A stretch of 64,000 bases of DNA, taken from NCBI GenBank assembly GCA_033442325.1, contig JAWQFM010000019.1:479357-543356 (forward strand). Reading direction: 5' to 3'. Origin of the DNA: Salpingoeca rosetta. Its lineage: Eukaryota > Protista > Choanoflagellata. Both the position numbers and the translations under genes were made by a program. The notes beneath the pieces are model-generated. The model saw only the letters and a list, made by a program, of their open reading frames with translations. It was not told the DNA's origin and ran no database searches. Below are positions 21,323 to 50,446 of this stretch, piece after piece. Position 1 is the stretch's first letter. Each line of letters opens with the position of its first letter.

Positions 21323-21511
21323 CACGAATGAGAGCAATACAGGCAAAGGGAGTGCAAAAGGAAGCGGCCACAGAGCTGGCTAGAAGACGGGAAAGCAAAC
21401 AGACAAGCAAGCACGCTGGTGCCGGGCACTGGGTCTACATCATTCAGTACTTCTTTGACACACAGGTTGCTGCCATTCCTCTCTTGTGCAGCACACAAGG
21501 TAAACAGCACG

Positions 21512-26467
<4,956 letters not shown>

Positions 26468-26666
26468 GTGACGTGGTTGTTGTTGTGGTTGTTGTGCTAG
26501 CGTGCTGATGGGTCGTTGTGTTGTGTGTATTGGTCGTGCAAGCGTTTGGTTTTGACGTGCGTGGTTGGGTGTTCACCGTTGTTGTGTTTGTTGGTTGGTT
26601 GGTGGCGCTTGTTTCGTTGTTGGTGCTTGCACTGTTTGCTGTTGTGTCTGCGTGTCTCGTGCACAG

Positions 26667-26704
<38 letters not shown>

Positions 26705-27327
26705 CAGCACATGCGTCATGCGAAGCATACGCACCCTCTTCCTTGCTTGCTTGTCGAGTGCGTTGTTGGATGATGCGAAGCAACTGACGACAGCAGAGAG
26801 GGTTGTGCACACACCTGATGACGACGCCAATGTGGTGCTGGCTTGTGGTTGTTGGTTGTTGTTGGTTGTTGGTTGTTGGTGGTGCGCGCGTGTGCTTGCG
26901 TCGATCGTTGTGGTCGCCGTTTGCTTTGTGCTGCTTCTTGCTTCTTGTTGCTTTGCTTCTTGTTGTTCGAGCCTGCTGCCTGCTGCGTTTGCTTGTGCTT
27001 GTTGAGGGCTTCAGGTTGCCCTCGATTGTTTCCCTATTTTGGACGCATTGCTCGTGCTGTCGGGGCGTTGCGAGTCCACTTCCTGGCAGTGCCGGGACAA
27101 AACGGTTATGTCGTCATGCGTCGTGCGTGATCCCGTGTGACAACAACCCATCGCGCAACCGTGCGTTGCTCGACAACCACCACGGCGGCACCGGGACACT
27201 TTGCCGCTTTGAAAATTCGACGCTGCCGCGCGCACTTTGAAACCCATGGCAGAAAATAAAAAGTTATGAAGGTGATTCGATGATGATTTAATTGCAGTGA
27301 GTTGGTAGCGCCGCGAAACGTTTGAAC

Positions 27328-27375
<48 letters not shown>

Positions 27376-28231
27376 ATTTCTTCTACGAACGTGGGGAGCC
27401 TCCAGACCTAGGTAGACAACGTAACGGGATTTAAAGCCAACGTAGCATCCATAATCTCTTCGTCTTAAAAACGTCCAGAGTCCTCCAAGAATGTCCGCCG
27501 CGTTCAAGGCACGCATGCACCAATTCCCGGTTAGTGGTACAAGGCTGAAGCCGCACTCGCACCATAGCTGGAGCGAAAAAGCCAGCCCTTTTAATTAGCT
27601 ATTTAGTAGTACACCGTTAGGTCTTAGTGTGTTGGTACAGAATAGCGCAGTGCACAAATTTGGGAAGACGGCGGCATTCTGACTATACTTAGCGCCGTCT
27701 CAATGCACACAGGCGGAGTTCTGTCTATGGGTGGGATGCAACGGGAATGAGATATCTTACCTATCTTCCACCCTTAAATGACGTGCACCCTGATGCGCGA
27801 GTCTTCTTCGCCAAAGCCTGGGCGGTTAAGAGCGGATCTAACCACCGGGCCAAGGGCGGCATACCGGATCATGCTTGCGCTTCTCACGGTTGGTTTCCTC
27901 TTACAACTCTAAGCTTCACTAACGACGCGCGCCTTCTAAATACCGAATCCTCCATCCCTATCCAAACTAGATGCAACAAGCTTTTTACATCGAGTGTGTG
28001 TGTGTGTGTGTGCGTGCGTGCGTGTGTCTCACTCACACACACACATACACACACACTCTCTCTCCCCGTCTCGCTCTCTCTGCGCGTAAGGACGAGTTGA
28101 AACCCACTGTTGAAACGAAAGAGGTTTTCTTAGATGGTGTCGACTCTTGGAACAAAAAGGACAGCAGTTACATTACACACATAAACACACATAAACACAC
28201 ACACACATAAACACACATAAACACACGTCCA

Positions 28232-29982
28232 CTACCTTTTGGACTTTGGTGCTTTTGGGGACGGTTTGGCCTTGGGGAAGCGAGCCATGAGGGTCGGGAG
28301 GATGGTGGCCGTGGCGGAGGGTGACAGATGCTTGTCGTCAATCAAGTGGCGGTACAGGTTGGACAGCGTTGCATTCATGACGGCGCCGGCGGTTTCGCCC
28401 CTGCCGCTCACCGCGCCGCGCTCGGCCATGCCTGCAAGCACGTGCGCCAGCTCCTTCTCCTCCAATCCAGCCGGCGCCCGATCAAGAAAGTCAAGCACCT
28501 GCATGTGCAGCGTCACGTGCTTGGCGGCCAGCGGCTCCAAAATCCCGGCAATCGTCTCCTCCTTTCGTCGCACAAACTCCCGCCTGTGTGTTGTGCGTGT
28601 GTGTGTATGTGTTGTGTGTGTGTATGTGCATGTATGTGTTGTGTGTGTGCATGTGTGTGTGTGCGTGTGTACGTGTGTGCGCGTGTGCGTGTGTGCGCGT
28701 GTGCGTGTGCGCGTGTGTGAGTCGCCCGGAAGAAAACGGTAAAGCCAAACAAATGGGAAACGGAAAGTACGCCACAATCGTCACCACCACCATCACCGCC
28801 ATCACCAACCAGTGCTGTGTGAGGATGGCGTGGAGAGCGTCCTTGACGCCTGGGAGGAGCGAGTAGGTCGGGTCGGTCGACTTGCACAGGACCGGCACAA
28901 TCTGCAGCAGGCGCGTCATGTCGCCAGCAGCAGCGCGCCTGGCCATGTACATGGCAAGCAGCACCTCAATGTAGTAGATGTCAACGCCGTAGTCCTGCAG
29001 CTCCTGCGGTACAAACCGCTCGTCCGCCTCGTCCACGTCCCATCGCCACGACCCGTCATCATCATCATCGTCATTGTCGCCACCACCACCACCACCACCA
29101 CCACCATGATGCTGCTGCGTCGCCGTCACTGCTGCTGTCGAGGTGCTTGTCGATGCTGATGGGGTCGTTGGTGTTGGTTTTGCTGCAGTGTCGCTGTCCC
29201 CACCTTTGCTCTGCAGTTTCTGTTTCGCCCTCTTTTCCTTTGCCCGCCGTCTGTGGTGCCGTTTGTGCAGATGCATCGTGCGTGTGTGCGTGCGTACGCG
29301 CGTGTGTACGAGTGATTTAGTGTGGGTGTGTGTTTGTGTGGGAGTGTGTTTGTTTGTTTGTATGTATGGGATACCTATGACAGACCAATAGGCCTGAGTG
29401 TTTGGAAATCCACGCACATGCACACACAGACATCGGGCCTCAGGCACGCGCACACAAACACGAAGGACACTCGCATCGCGTGCGTACATGTGCTCGTCGT
29501 ACAAGACGTCCTCCGCCAGCATATTGGCAAACAGCGGATACGCGGTCTGCGATGGAAGAAAGGAGGGGAGGAGAAAGAGAGATGAACGAAGCCGGTAGAG
29601 GTAAGAGGAATGTACAAAGACGGAAGACAGAACGCTTGAACATCACACACACACACGCACACACACACGCACACATACACACACACACACGCACACACCA
29701 ACCTGGATGATTTCGATGGCAAGGCCTGGCCAGCGGAACGACTGCGCCTCGAACATCTCCCGCACCTGATACCCGGCACCAAGGATCTTTGGGGGGGGGG
29801 CAGTCACGGGCGGAGTGAGTGGGTGAAGATGAGAATGAGTGAGGGTCAGATACACAAGGAGCAAGCAACACCGTCTGCCCATCCTACAGCACACACAGAC
29901 ACACAGACACACAGACACACAGACACACAGACACACAGACACACACACGCACGCACGCACAGACACACACACGCACGCACGC

Positions 29983-30062
<80 letters not shown>

Positions 30063-31568
30063 GCACACACACACACACAACATATTTACACATGCCAGGC
30101 ACCTGGGTGAGCTTGATGAGCCGCTGTTGGAATCGGGGAAGTGCAAGGCGGTCCACGGCAATGACGAGTTGGTTGAGAACGCTCTTGCACAGGAGAAGCG
30201 CCACGCCAGGTGCACGCACCATCATGCCAGCGTCACCAAGGTCCGCGTCGTTGGCCTTGTATGACGTAATCGTCTCAAACAAGGAGGACAGGGCGTCGGA
30301 GGATAGGCGCCCCGTGAGCACCGCCCCATCCACCAGACCCGCAACTTTGCGCAGCGGCGAGCTGTCTTGCAACACGTACGTGCCAACCATGCCCGCACCA
30401 CCTCCCAGCCCGTGCGCAGCTGACGACGGCGCCACTGACGCCGCTGATGTCGCTGATGTCGTTGCTGCTGCCGTTTTTGCTGACACTCCCGTTGCTGCTG
30501 GGGATGATGACTGCATGCCCGCTGCCATGGCCGCTGCTACGCTCGTCACCTTCAACGGTTTCGAAGACACCACTGATGACGACGATGATGCTGGTGGTGG
30601 CGCGGTCGCAGCGAGCGAGGATGTGTGCGACCCCGTTGCCTTCTTCGTCGCCGCTGTGGACATGGCCGTCGTCGTGGCCGTCGTTGCCGTTGTGGCGGTG
30701 GTCGACCCAGCACTCAGCAGCGTTGTGCCAGCGCTCGGTCCAACGCTCTGCATATCCACCGCCGCTGTCAGGGCCACGCGCAAGTGGCAGTACGCCGGGT
30801 CGTTGCTCTGCACGTAGGCAAGGCGAAGGTACTCGAGCAGCCGCTGGTGGAGGTGCGACGACGAGCCAACAAGCTCAAGCAACTTCACCGTGTACTCGGC
30901 AGAGGTTAGGCGGTGCTGCTGTGACGACGTAATCGTGTCATCATCATTGCCACCACCACCAGTTCCACCAGTTCCACCGGTACCTCGCACGCCCAACCTG
31001 GTGTGACCATCACGATCATCATCGTCGTCGTTGTTGCTGCTGCCATCGTCACTGCCATGTACGGCAGCGTCGCTCCCTCGCCCGCGGCGGTGTGTTGGGG
31101 AGGGAAATCCAAACGCAGGCGAGCGGTGTGCGTGGCGGTGGGTTGGTGATGACGTGGCAGAGGACGTGTTGGAGGGCGGGAAGGCCGAATATGATGCCGT
31201 GGACGACGATGGCGATGCCGGTACGGGCGATGATGGCGATGACAGGGAGGTGGTACGCTGATGTTTTGCGGGTGCAGCCGTTGTTGATGGTGTGGTTGAT
31301 GGGGCACCGCCTGTTGTCGGTGCTGTTGTTGCTGTTGCTGATGATGGCGTTGCGGTTGACGAGGGAGAGGGCGGGGTGGCGGATATGGCTGTGCTGTGGG
31401 GCATGTGCACCTGTACCCAGTGGCACGCGTATGCCATGGCGTAGTCGTGCAGCATGGGCTGCAGCACCGCGGAGAACACAAAATCGTCATATTGCCACAC
31501 CTGAACGGTAAAACCAAGGCCGTGGTGGGTTGGTGGTGTTGGTTGTGGAATGGTGTGAAATAAGCGGA

Positions 31569-31662
<94 letters not shown>

Positions 31663-32268
31663 CGCACACACGCACGCACGCACACATTCACACACACACA
31701 CACGCTGTCTCCCACTAACCCATACTCAAACATACACACACACACTGTCTCCCACTAACCCATACTCAAACATACACATACACATGCACGCGAACTGTAC
31801 CTGTCGTTTGACGTCGAGGGAGCACTCATCCATGAGCTTTGGGTGATCCCGGAGATGGCGCAGTACTTTGCTCGGGATGCTGTGGTAGCGGTTGAGGATC
31901 CTTAAGGTCACAGGCCGGAGCTCCTCAAACTGCACATATGGGAACGTCTGCAACAGCAGTTTCCCCAACTCTTCCTGCGACAAGCTGGGGATGCGCTTCA
32001 GCAGCGTCTCGCGCAAGTGCAGCATGATGCTCTCGTGAAACTGTTCAATGTCACGTATGGTGTTTGGCAGAGGGGGTGGAGCAGGTTTACAGTGAGTGTT
32101 ATCAGGGCTTTGGTAGGTGGTGTTGAGGAGTAGGTACGGCATTCACAATGCAAGGGAGGAAGAACACAAACAAGAGTGGCAAAACACAAACACACACACA
32201 CACACACACAAACACAAACACACATAGACACCCACATAGACACCCACACACACACACACACCCACCCA

Positions 32269-32346
<78 letters not shown>

Positions 32347-32687
32347 CATAGACACACACACACACATACGTGCAGAACACGAACCTCGGCTCTGGTGGTT
32401 CCCATAATGTCGATGAGCGGGAGAAGCGGCAGTGTGCCGTCAATGGCTGTATCCTTCTGCAATTGTTTGATTTGCGCCTTTGGCTGGCGGCCTTGAAGCC
32501 GTTGCTGAATCTCCGCGACAGCATCGCCACCGAGCAAGATGCGCCGCGTCTCTCCTTCATTGCCATCCCCATCATCATCCCCTCCAGACTGCTGCTGCTG
32601 CTGCTGCTTCTTCTTCTTCTTCCTCTCCCCACCTGTGCCACTAGCGCCACCACCACCACCACCACCACCACTGCGCCTGCCACTCAT
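28232..32687 (-). CDS. NELFB: Negative elongation factor B (NELF-B/COBRA1) homolog
   Basis: AQIKQLQKD..LPLIDIMGTTRAE|FHESIMLHLRETLLKRI..LRPV..ECSLDVKRQ|VWQYD..VLQPMLHDY, LLELVGSSSHLHQRLLEYLR..YCHLR, LGDAGMM. This is collinear with NELF-B as I recall it (LPFLDLHGTPRLEFHQS, VKRQIWQ, HYCTLR, LGDLSM). Confidence 0.85.
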
Positions 32688-32866
32688 CGTCGGTTGGTGT
32701 CTGTGCCAGTTGAAGTGACGAATATTCGCTTTATCTTCATCAGCTATTCAGCAAACCGGCAAGCAGCAAGCAAGAAGCACAGACAGACGTTCATGTCACA
32801 CATCGCTCCGCGCACACACAGCACATACACAGCACGCGACAAACACATTGCGCATACACACATGCC

Positions 32867-35231
32867 TCAGACATTCTTGCCAAACTCCTCTGTTGTGCAG
32901 AGACCTGCTTGGCGGTAAAACACGTGGCTCTTCATGAACTTGCGCTTGGTGGCGCTCAGCTCCCCAAACAGCGTCGTCTGCTGCATCTCTAGCGTGGAAC
33001 GCACATGGAACGATGTGTGTGGGTGTGTGGGTGAGCGTGCATGTGTGTATGCGTGTATGTTGACGTGTGTGAGCACGTGCGTGCATGTGTGTGTGTGTGT
33101 TGCCATGTGTACAGGGATGTGCTTGCACAGGCATGTCAAATCCACCACACCTGCTTCAACACCCACGACAACCACGACAACAACAACATGCACGCCAGAC
33201 TGACTTGATCGCTTGGTGGGGTTGGCGCCTCCTCGGTTGTTACTGCTGAACGACATGGCCGTGCCTTCCTCATCGTCATCATCATCCTCCCATGTCACCG
33301 CCTGCAGCAATGCACACATAGTTGTGTGTAAGTGTGAGTGTGAGTGAGTGAGTGAGTGTGTGTGTGTAAGTGTGAGTGTGTGTGTGTGTGTGCGTGTGTG
33401 TGCGTTTTGAGCAGACACACTCCAGAGCAGCGCAATATTAAGACAGCCCAGCCAATTCAAACCACGATTTCTCTCTTCACATACACAGAGACATGCACAG
33501 TGGTGCGCACCGCTGCGTGTTTGTCGAGGAGGGTCTGTGCTGTTTGCCAGCTGAAGCGAACGACGCCTGACGATGAAAAGGGAAAACAGATATGGTGTGA
33601 CGATGATGAGTGATCAGTCGTAGAAATGGAAGAGACAAAGTTGGGTGCAGCATCAGCCTTCACAACCCACAAGCCAACACACACACACACACCAAAATGC
33701 ACGCACTTGGAAAGCCAAAGACTTTGTCAATGTTTGCGCGAAGCCACGCCTTTGTCTTTGGATCTGACGGGTAACCGCAACCATATTCGGTGTTGGCGCC
33801 AATTCGCTCTGGATGGCGCCAGGCCGACAGCACGTGATCACGCACAACCTAACGCGCAAAGACGATGAAGGGTGGTGTGGGGTTGATGGGCGTGAGATGG
33901 GAGTCGCACTTGTGGGCTTGGAGTCCAGCACACACGTACACGCAAACACACACACACACACACACGCACAAACACACACACACACACAAAACGCACACAC
34001 ACACACACAAAACAGACACAAACACAGACACACACACACAACACAACACACATACACACACACAAACACACACACACACACACACACAAACACACACGTT
34101 CTCTCACGACGCAAAGGCTGTCCTGACCTTGGCGCAGATACTGGCTGCGCTGACAATGACGTATTTCGAGTCGGCCTTCTTAGACACGGTGATCTTCAGC
34201 TGGGGAAAGATGCCTTGCAGCTTCGCTTGGTACACTGTGTCGGGGCCAACCGTATCCACATACACGGCCTCCAAGTTGACGCCCTGGTCAAGACAGCGGC
34301 GGATCAGCCCAATGCACGTGTCGTGGGACAGTTCGTTGAGCGAGTACTTCTGCCTGGCCAGCATCCCTGTGGAGATGGTGTTTGGGGACAGGCTGTGCAC
34401 CTTCCACCCCATCTTGCCGTGCAGTGAACCAGACTGCACACGAGACGGCAGAGAAGAAGGGTGAGCGAGAGGTGGGAGGCGGTTGGACGGGGGGGGGAAT
34501 TAGGGGCCTGTGAGAAGGGCAATCGTTCAAGGTTCGAAACCAGTGACTTGATCACGCGCACGCGCTTACACGGGTGGACCTGTGCACGCGTATGCACGTG
34601 CACTTAACCACACGCGTATGCAAGCGCACTCAAGCACACGCACACGTGTACACAAACGAAACCACACGCACATCCACGGACACACACCTTCATCTCTGTG
34701 AACAAGCGCTCGCGTTCCTCTTCCTTGACGACTTTGGAGTCGGTAAAGCCCATGTTCTTCAGCGTCTTCTCCATTGGCTTTGGCGCAAATGCGACACCAT
34801 ACACCATGGGACCTGGGTCATGCGGGTATCGCCATCGCGATGAACGATCGATGGGGGCTCATGTGTTGTTTTCGCTCCCATCCACTCACATGCACACAAA
34901 CGCACGCCAACGCTTACGGACACCATTGCCTCAATTGAACAAGGGCAGGCAGGAGAGCAATGTGAGCGCTCATTGACATAATGCGAGGTTGCGCTCGCGT
35001 ACGCACCGCAAACTGGTCCGCGGCCGGCTTCGTCCACGCCCAGAATACATGGCTTTTGCTTGCACACCTGCAGTGGACCAGCACACATGCCACAACAAGC
35101 ACGTGCATCATTGGTGGCTGCAACAGCGAAGAAATAGCTCTCCCACACGCACACCTCCAACCACCGGCATGTGCTCGTGTGCAGCGCTCTGTACCGGCAC
35201 ACACACGCACGCACATACACACACACACAAG

Positions 35232-35262
<31 letters not shown>

Positions 35263-35697
35263 GCACGCACGCACACACACACGCACACACGCACGCACGC
35301 ATGCACACGCACGCACACACACACATACACACACACCAACCTCTGGGATATCGCATTCGATGATGACAGAGTCCCGATTCGTGGCTGTGGCGTGCTTGTG
35401 CACCTTCACATCAATGTGGTGCATGCCATCGGGATCGGTCGTCTCTGTCACGACCACCTCATCGCCATCATCCACTACTTCGTCGCCCTCGCCCTCCTCC
35501 TCCTCCTCCTCGTCTTCCTCCACTTGCACAATCCCCTCGGCCTGGTCCTGCTTTCTCCGTGTCCTGCTGCGTGTTCTCACGCCAACTGGACTAACATCTG
35601 CTTCTTGCTCATCCTCAAACAGGATCGCCATGGCATCCGCCTCGTCCTGGTGATTCTCCCCAGCAGCATCAGCTTCCTCCCTCCCGTTGCCGTTCAT
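32867..35697 (-). CDS. RNASEH2A: Ribonuclease H2 catalytic subunit A
   Basis: [13 protein letters not shown]|[77 protein letters not shown]-terminal [10 protein letters not shown]. Confidence 0.95.
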
Positions 35698-36566
35698 CGT
35701 TGCACTGGCTGGCCGCTGTTGTGGTTGGCTGCTGCGTGTCCTCTTTCCTCTTCTTTCCTCTTTCTTGTTGAGAGCGCCAAATTCGCAAGACAAAATTGAC
35801 TTGGGACAAAGGCAATTTTGCCCTCACCAGCTTTGTTTTGTTGTTTTTGTGCGCCACAAAGCAAGCCAGCAAAGCACTGCGCGTCGAGGTGTGGGGATGG
35901 TGGTGGAGGAGGATACATGCACCTCTTGTTATGAACACACATGTGTTGTGTGTGTGTGTGTGTGTGAGCATAAAGCACTGTGTACTGCTTGCGAGCTGCT
36001 TGTGTGTCACACTCAACACAACAACACCTGTGGTTTTGTCGTTGTGGTTTTGTTTGTGGTTGTGTTGGTGTGTGTTTTGGCAGCAGCCTGCGTTTGACCT
36101 CTCTGGTGTGAAATGGCGGATCCCAAGCATTTGCTGGACGCCCACGTCGTCCAACCCATGATGCGCAAGAAGGGCCCTCGCTATGATCGCAGGCTCTCTA
36201 TCACGCTGGGTGTGTTTCTGTGCGTGTGTGTGTGCGTGCGTGTGTGTGTGCGTGCGTGACGTCTGGGAGAGTCCGTCCCGCCAACTACCAGTATGGCAGT
36301 AATCCCATGGCTTCAAAACCCTACGGTTGCTTCGAGTCCCTTAGAAGCCTGGGTTACGTATGTAATGTAAATTCCTCTAGGTAAGTATCATAGGATGTGG
36401 TTGGATCCTGACCAGTAGGCGGGCAGAGCGCACTGCGATCGTTTTCGTTACGGTTTCTCTCGTTCGAAGTCAGATGCCCCCGTACGTTCAGTGTGTGTGT
36501 GTGTGTGTGTGTTGTGTGTGTGCGTGTGTGTGTGTGTGTGTGCGTGTGTGTGTGTGTGTGTGCGTG

Positions 36567-36601
<35 letters not shown>

Positions 36602-36658
36602 ATGCGTGCGTGCGTTTCTCTTTCTCTCTCTCTCTCTGCCTCTCTGTGCGCGTTTTCA

Positions 36659-46889
<10,231 letters not shown>

Positions 46890-46988
46890 CATCATCTCTC
46901 TGCTGATTCTCTTCGCTGTTCATGTCCTCTTGGTCGGTGTTGTTTCCTCAGCCGTCGTTACTCTTGCATGAGGCCCACCTACATGTTT

Positions 46989-47055
<67 letters not shown>

Positions 47056-47651
47056 NNNNNNNNNNNNNNNNNNNNNNNNNNNNNNNNNNNNNNNNNNNNN
47101 NNNNNNNNNNNNNNNNNNNNNNNNNNNNNNNNNNNNNNNNNNNNNNNNNNNNNNNCGAAAGGAAATAAGAAGGAACGAGGGCCACGAACGTCAACGAGCA
47201 AGTCTAGACAAGGGCCACGAGAGAAGAACATCCAACAAGACAAGGAAGGGTCAATCAACGTGCAAAGGAGATAACAGAAACACACACACACACACACACA
47301 CACTCTCTCTCTCTCTCGCTCTGTCTCACTCACTCACACACACACATGCACGCAGAAGCACACACACAAACTCACTCACTCGCACGTCGGCACAAGGGCA
47401 CATACACAAACAGTGGAGTAATGCAAGTTCACGCGGACACAAATAACGACGCATGTTCTTTTGTCGCATAGTCTCATGTCACACCTAAAAAACTCGAGAG
47501 CAGCGAACGCAGCTGTTGCTGCTTCATACAGCAGAGAGGATTCAACAGCACAACAATAACAGCAATGGCATCGTGGACACGAAAACGGTCGAGTAACAGC
47601 GCATGGACGCGCGAATGTGTATGCCTGTCGATCGGTCAGGATGCAGATTGT

Positions 47652-48613
47652 CTATTGGTGCTGCGGGGCACGCTGGTGCTGTAACTGGTGTTGCAGCTGC
47701 TGCAGCTGTTGAAAGGAGAGCTGTTGATGGGCTGGTTGCTGTTGCTGGGCGGGGAAAGATGGCTGCATGTGCATGCCTGCAAGCATCATCTGCACGCGTG
47801 GCGACCTTTGCAAGAGGGTGGGCCACGCACGCGCACGCAACTCCTTCACCTCATCAAACAGGTCCGTGTACTCCGTGGCCAGCTTCATCTTCGTCTTGTT
47901 GAGCTGGTTGGCAGCGTGTTCAATCTCCTGCCATCGCATGCCCTTCAAGTCCGACAGCGGCGCTGTCGGCTGCGGCCACACGCTGTACGGCTGCTGGTGC
48001 GATTGGGGATCGAGCACCCACACGCCCACAGGAACCGCGCCGTGCATGTGCATGGGGAATTGTGAGAACGCCGAGGCGTGTGGGGGCACGTGCAACTGTG
48101 CCTGCTGAATCTGCTGTGGGTGCTGTGGGTGCTGTGGGTGCTGTGGGTGCTGTGGTTGGGGTAACCCTGGGAATAACACGTGCGGGAGCATCATGCCAGC
48201 GGTTGTGGGAGGGACGCTCGAGAAAGGCTGCTGCTGGTGTTGTTGTAACGGTTGCTGTGACGCGGGCTGCTGTGATGGTTGTTGGTGCTGCTGCTGCTGT
48301 TGTTGGTGGTGTATGGCGAGCAGCGCGGGATTGATGCCCATCATGGCGGGGTGCATCGTGCCTGGTGCCGTCAGTGATGCCGGCACGTGTGGCTGCTGTT
48401 CTTGCTGTTCTTGCTGTTCTTGCTGGTGCTGGTGCTGTGGGTGTTGCTGGTGCTGTGGGTGTTGCTGGTGCTGTGGGTGTTGTTGGAGCATCTGCAACGC
48501 TTGTGCAGTGCTCACGCCTTGCATGCCTTGCATGCCTTGCATGGCATGCAGCAGCTGCGCCATCTGTTGTTGTTGGAGTGGAGACATATGTTGGAGCGAA
48601 GAGTGCATCGCAA

Positions 48614-48644
<31 letters not shown>

Positions 48645-49882
48645 GTGGGAGGATGACGGGGTGTGGTGTTGCGCTCCCTGCGCAAATAGCAAGCTGGACG
48701 GAAAAGCTTTGAAGGCACTGGTTGCTTCGTGTCCGTGTGCTGTTGCGGTGCGCTGGGTGGACGGGTCCAGCCTCGTTGCTTCGGGCGCTGTTGGAGGTGG
48801 AGGTGGCGATGGTGCTGATGCTGTTGCACGTGCCTGTGGTGGCGCTGCTGTTGCTACCGTTGTGGTTGCGGCACCCACAATGCCTGCACTGTCACCAACG
48901 GGCACGGTGAACGAGCTCTTGCGACTGCGGTCGATCCCAGAGTCTGTGGTGCGCGAACGCCTGTCGTCGGGGGCGCGCGCTGCCGACTTCTGTGTCACCT
49001 GCTGTGCCGCTTGCTGCAGCAATGCCAGGCCTTCCTGCTCTGATCCCTCTTCGTCGTGGCCCTGTCCTCGTCCGTGCTGCGGCGGCTGCTGCAGCCGTTG
49101 TTGGCGCTGTTGTTGTGGTGGTTGTTGTGGCATTGGAGTAACGCCGTGCTTTGGACCGTGCTTGCGGTGCTGTGATGACGATGGCACGTCAGTGGCAGTG
49201 TGCATGCGCGTGCGCGCGTGCTCCTGTAGCGGCGCACCTGATCGACCACCGCGCAGTGCCGACTGCTGCTGCTGTTGTTGTTCCTCATGTTGTTGCCGGA
49301 CATGGTGTGGTGCGCGCCCCATCTTTGGCGCCTTTTTCGGCGTTTCGTTATCGCAATCACCGCCACCGCTGTTGCTGTTGCTGTTGTCGCTGCTGTTGCT
49401 GTGCCGGCTGTGTGCAGCACGCTTGCGACTGTGTTTCTTCTTTCTGCGCTTGCGCTCCTTCCTGTCCTTGCGAGAGGACGTGGTGGATGTGTATGCGTGG
49501 CCGTGACCGTGGCCGTTGTTGTGGTTGCCAGTGCGGTGATCGCCACTGTTGTCGCTGCTGCCACTGCCTTCACCGCTGTTGTTGTTGGACTGCTTGTGTC
49601 TCTTGTGCTTTTTGCGCGGGTGATGGTGATGGTGGTGGTGGCGTGGCGGTGCGTTGTGCTCGCGCGCGTGTTCGTGCTTGTCCTCGTGCCCGCTGCCGTG
49701 TTCGGACGTGAGGGGCGAACTGGATGAGCGGGAGTTGTCGCCTCCTTGCCGGTGGGCCTCTTCCACACGGGCGTGGGCCCGTGCATTTGTTGCGCGTATT
49801 GCGCCTGCCGCCGTTGGACGTGTGGAGCCAGTGTCTCCTGCATGCATGCAAGGCAGTGATGCGTGCGCAAAAATTGAGGTAG

Positions 49883-49964
<82 letters not shown>

Positions 49965-50446
49965 NNNNNNNNNNNNNNNNNNNNNNNNNNNNNNNNNNNN
50001 NNNNNNNNNNNNNNNNNNNNNNNNNNNNNNNNNNNNNNNNNNNNNNNNNNNNNNNNNNNNNNNNCAAGACCACCACATGTGTAGTGGAGGGGGGGGGGGG
50101 TCGGCCACGCAACACTTAAGTGTGTGCACTTGCTTGACGTATCACCACCACACTATTGGATTGGCTTGCACCATTGCAACACACAAGCACAATAAAACGC
50201 ACGTGTTGTCAACGCTGATGAAGAAGTGACGAGAGTACCTTGCTGCTTGCCTTCACGCTTGCCTGCAAGCACGGCACCTGCTGAAGGATCACGCTGGTGG
50301 TGGTGGTGGTGGTGGTGGTGGTGGTGGTGGTGGTGCTGCTGCTGCTGCTGGGGCACTGGGGCGGTTGGAGATGGCGTGCTTGCGTGGGACGGGTCTTTGC
50401 TGCTGTGGGCGCGGGATTGTGCCTCTTGCGAATGAGGAGATGCCAT
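47652..50446 (-). CDS. Q/H/P-rich low-complexity protein with a basic NLS-like cluster and a short C-terminal helical segment
   Basis: A stop-free exon of about 2.2 kb (47652-49840) plus a probable first exon MASPHSQEAQ (ATG 50446); contains RKDRKERKRRKKKH and LSDLKGMRWQEIEHAANQLNKTKMKLATEYTDLFDEVKELR. No recognised domain. Confidence 0.6.

Noticed and set aside
31700-31780. 40-bp tandem repeat in a NELF-B intron, and similar short repeats at 2204-2240, 25361-25386 and 62093-62123
   Set aside because: These are ordinary slippage duplications with no spacers, so not CRISPR-like.
48193-49506. 437-aa Cys-rich + strand ORF
   Set aside because: It is the antisense shadow of the Gln-rich CAG/CAA-coded minus-strand exon.
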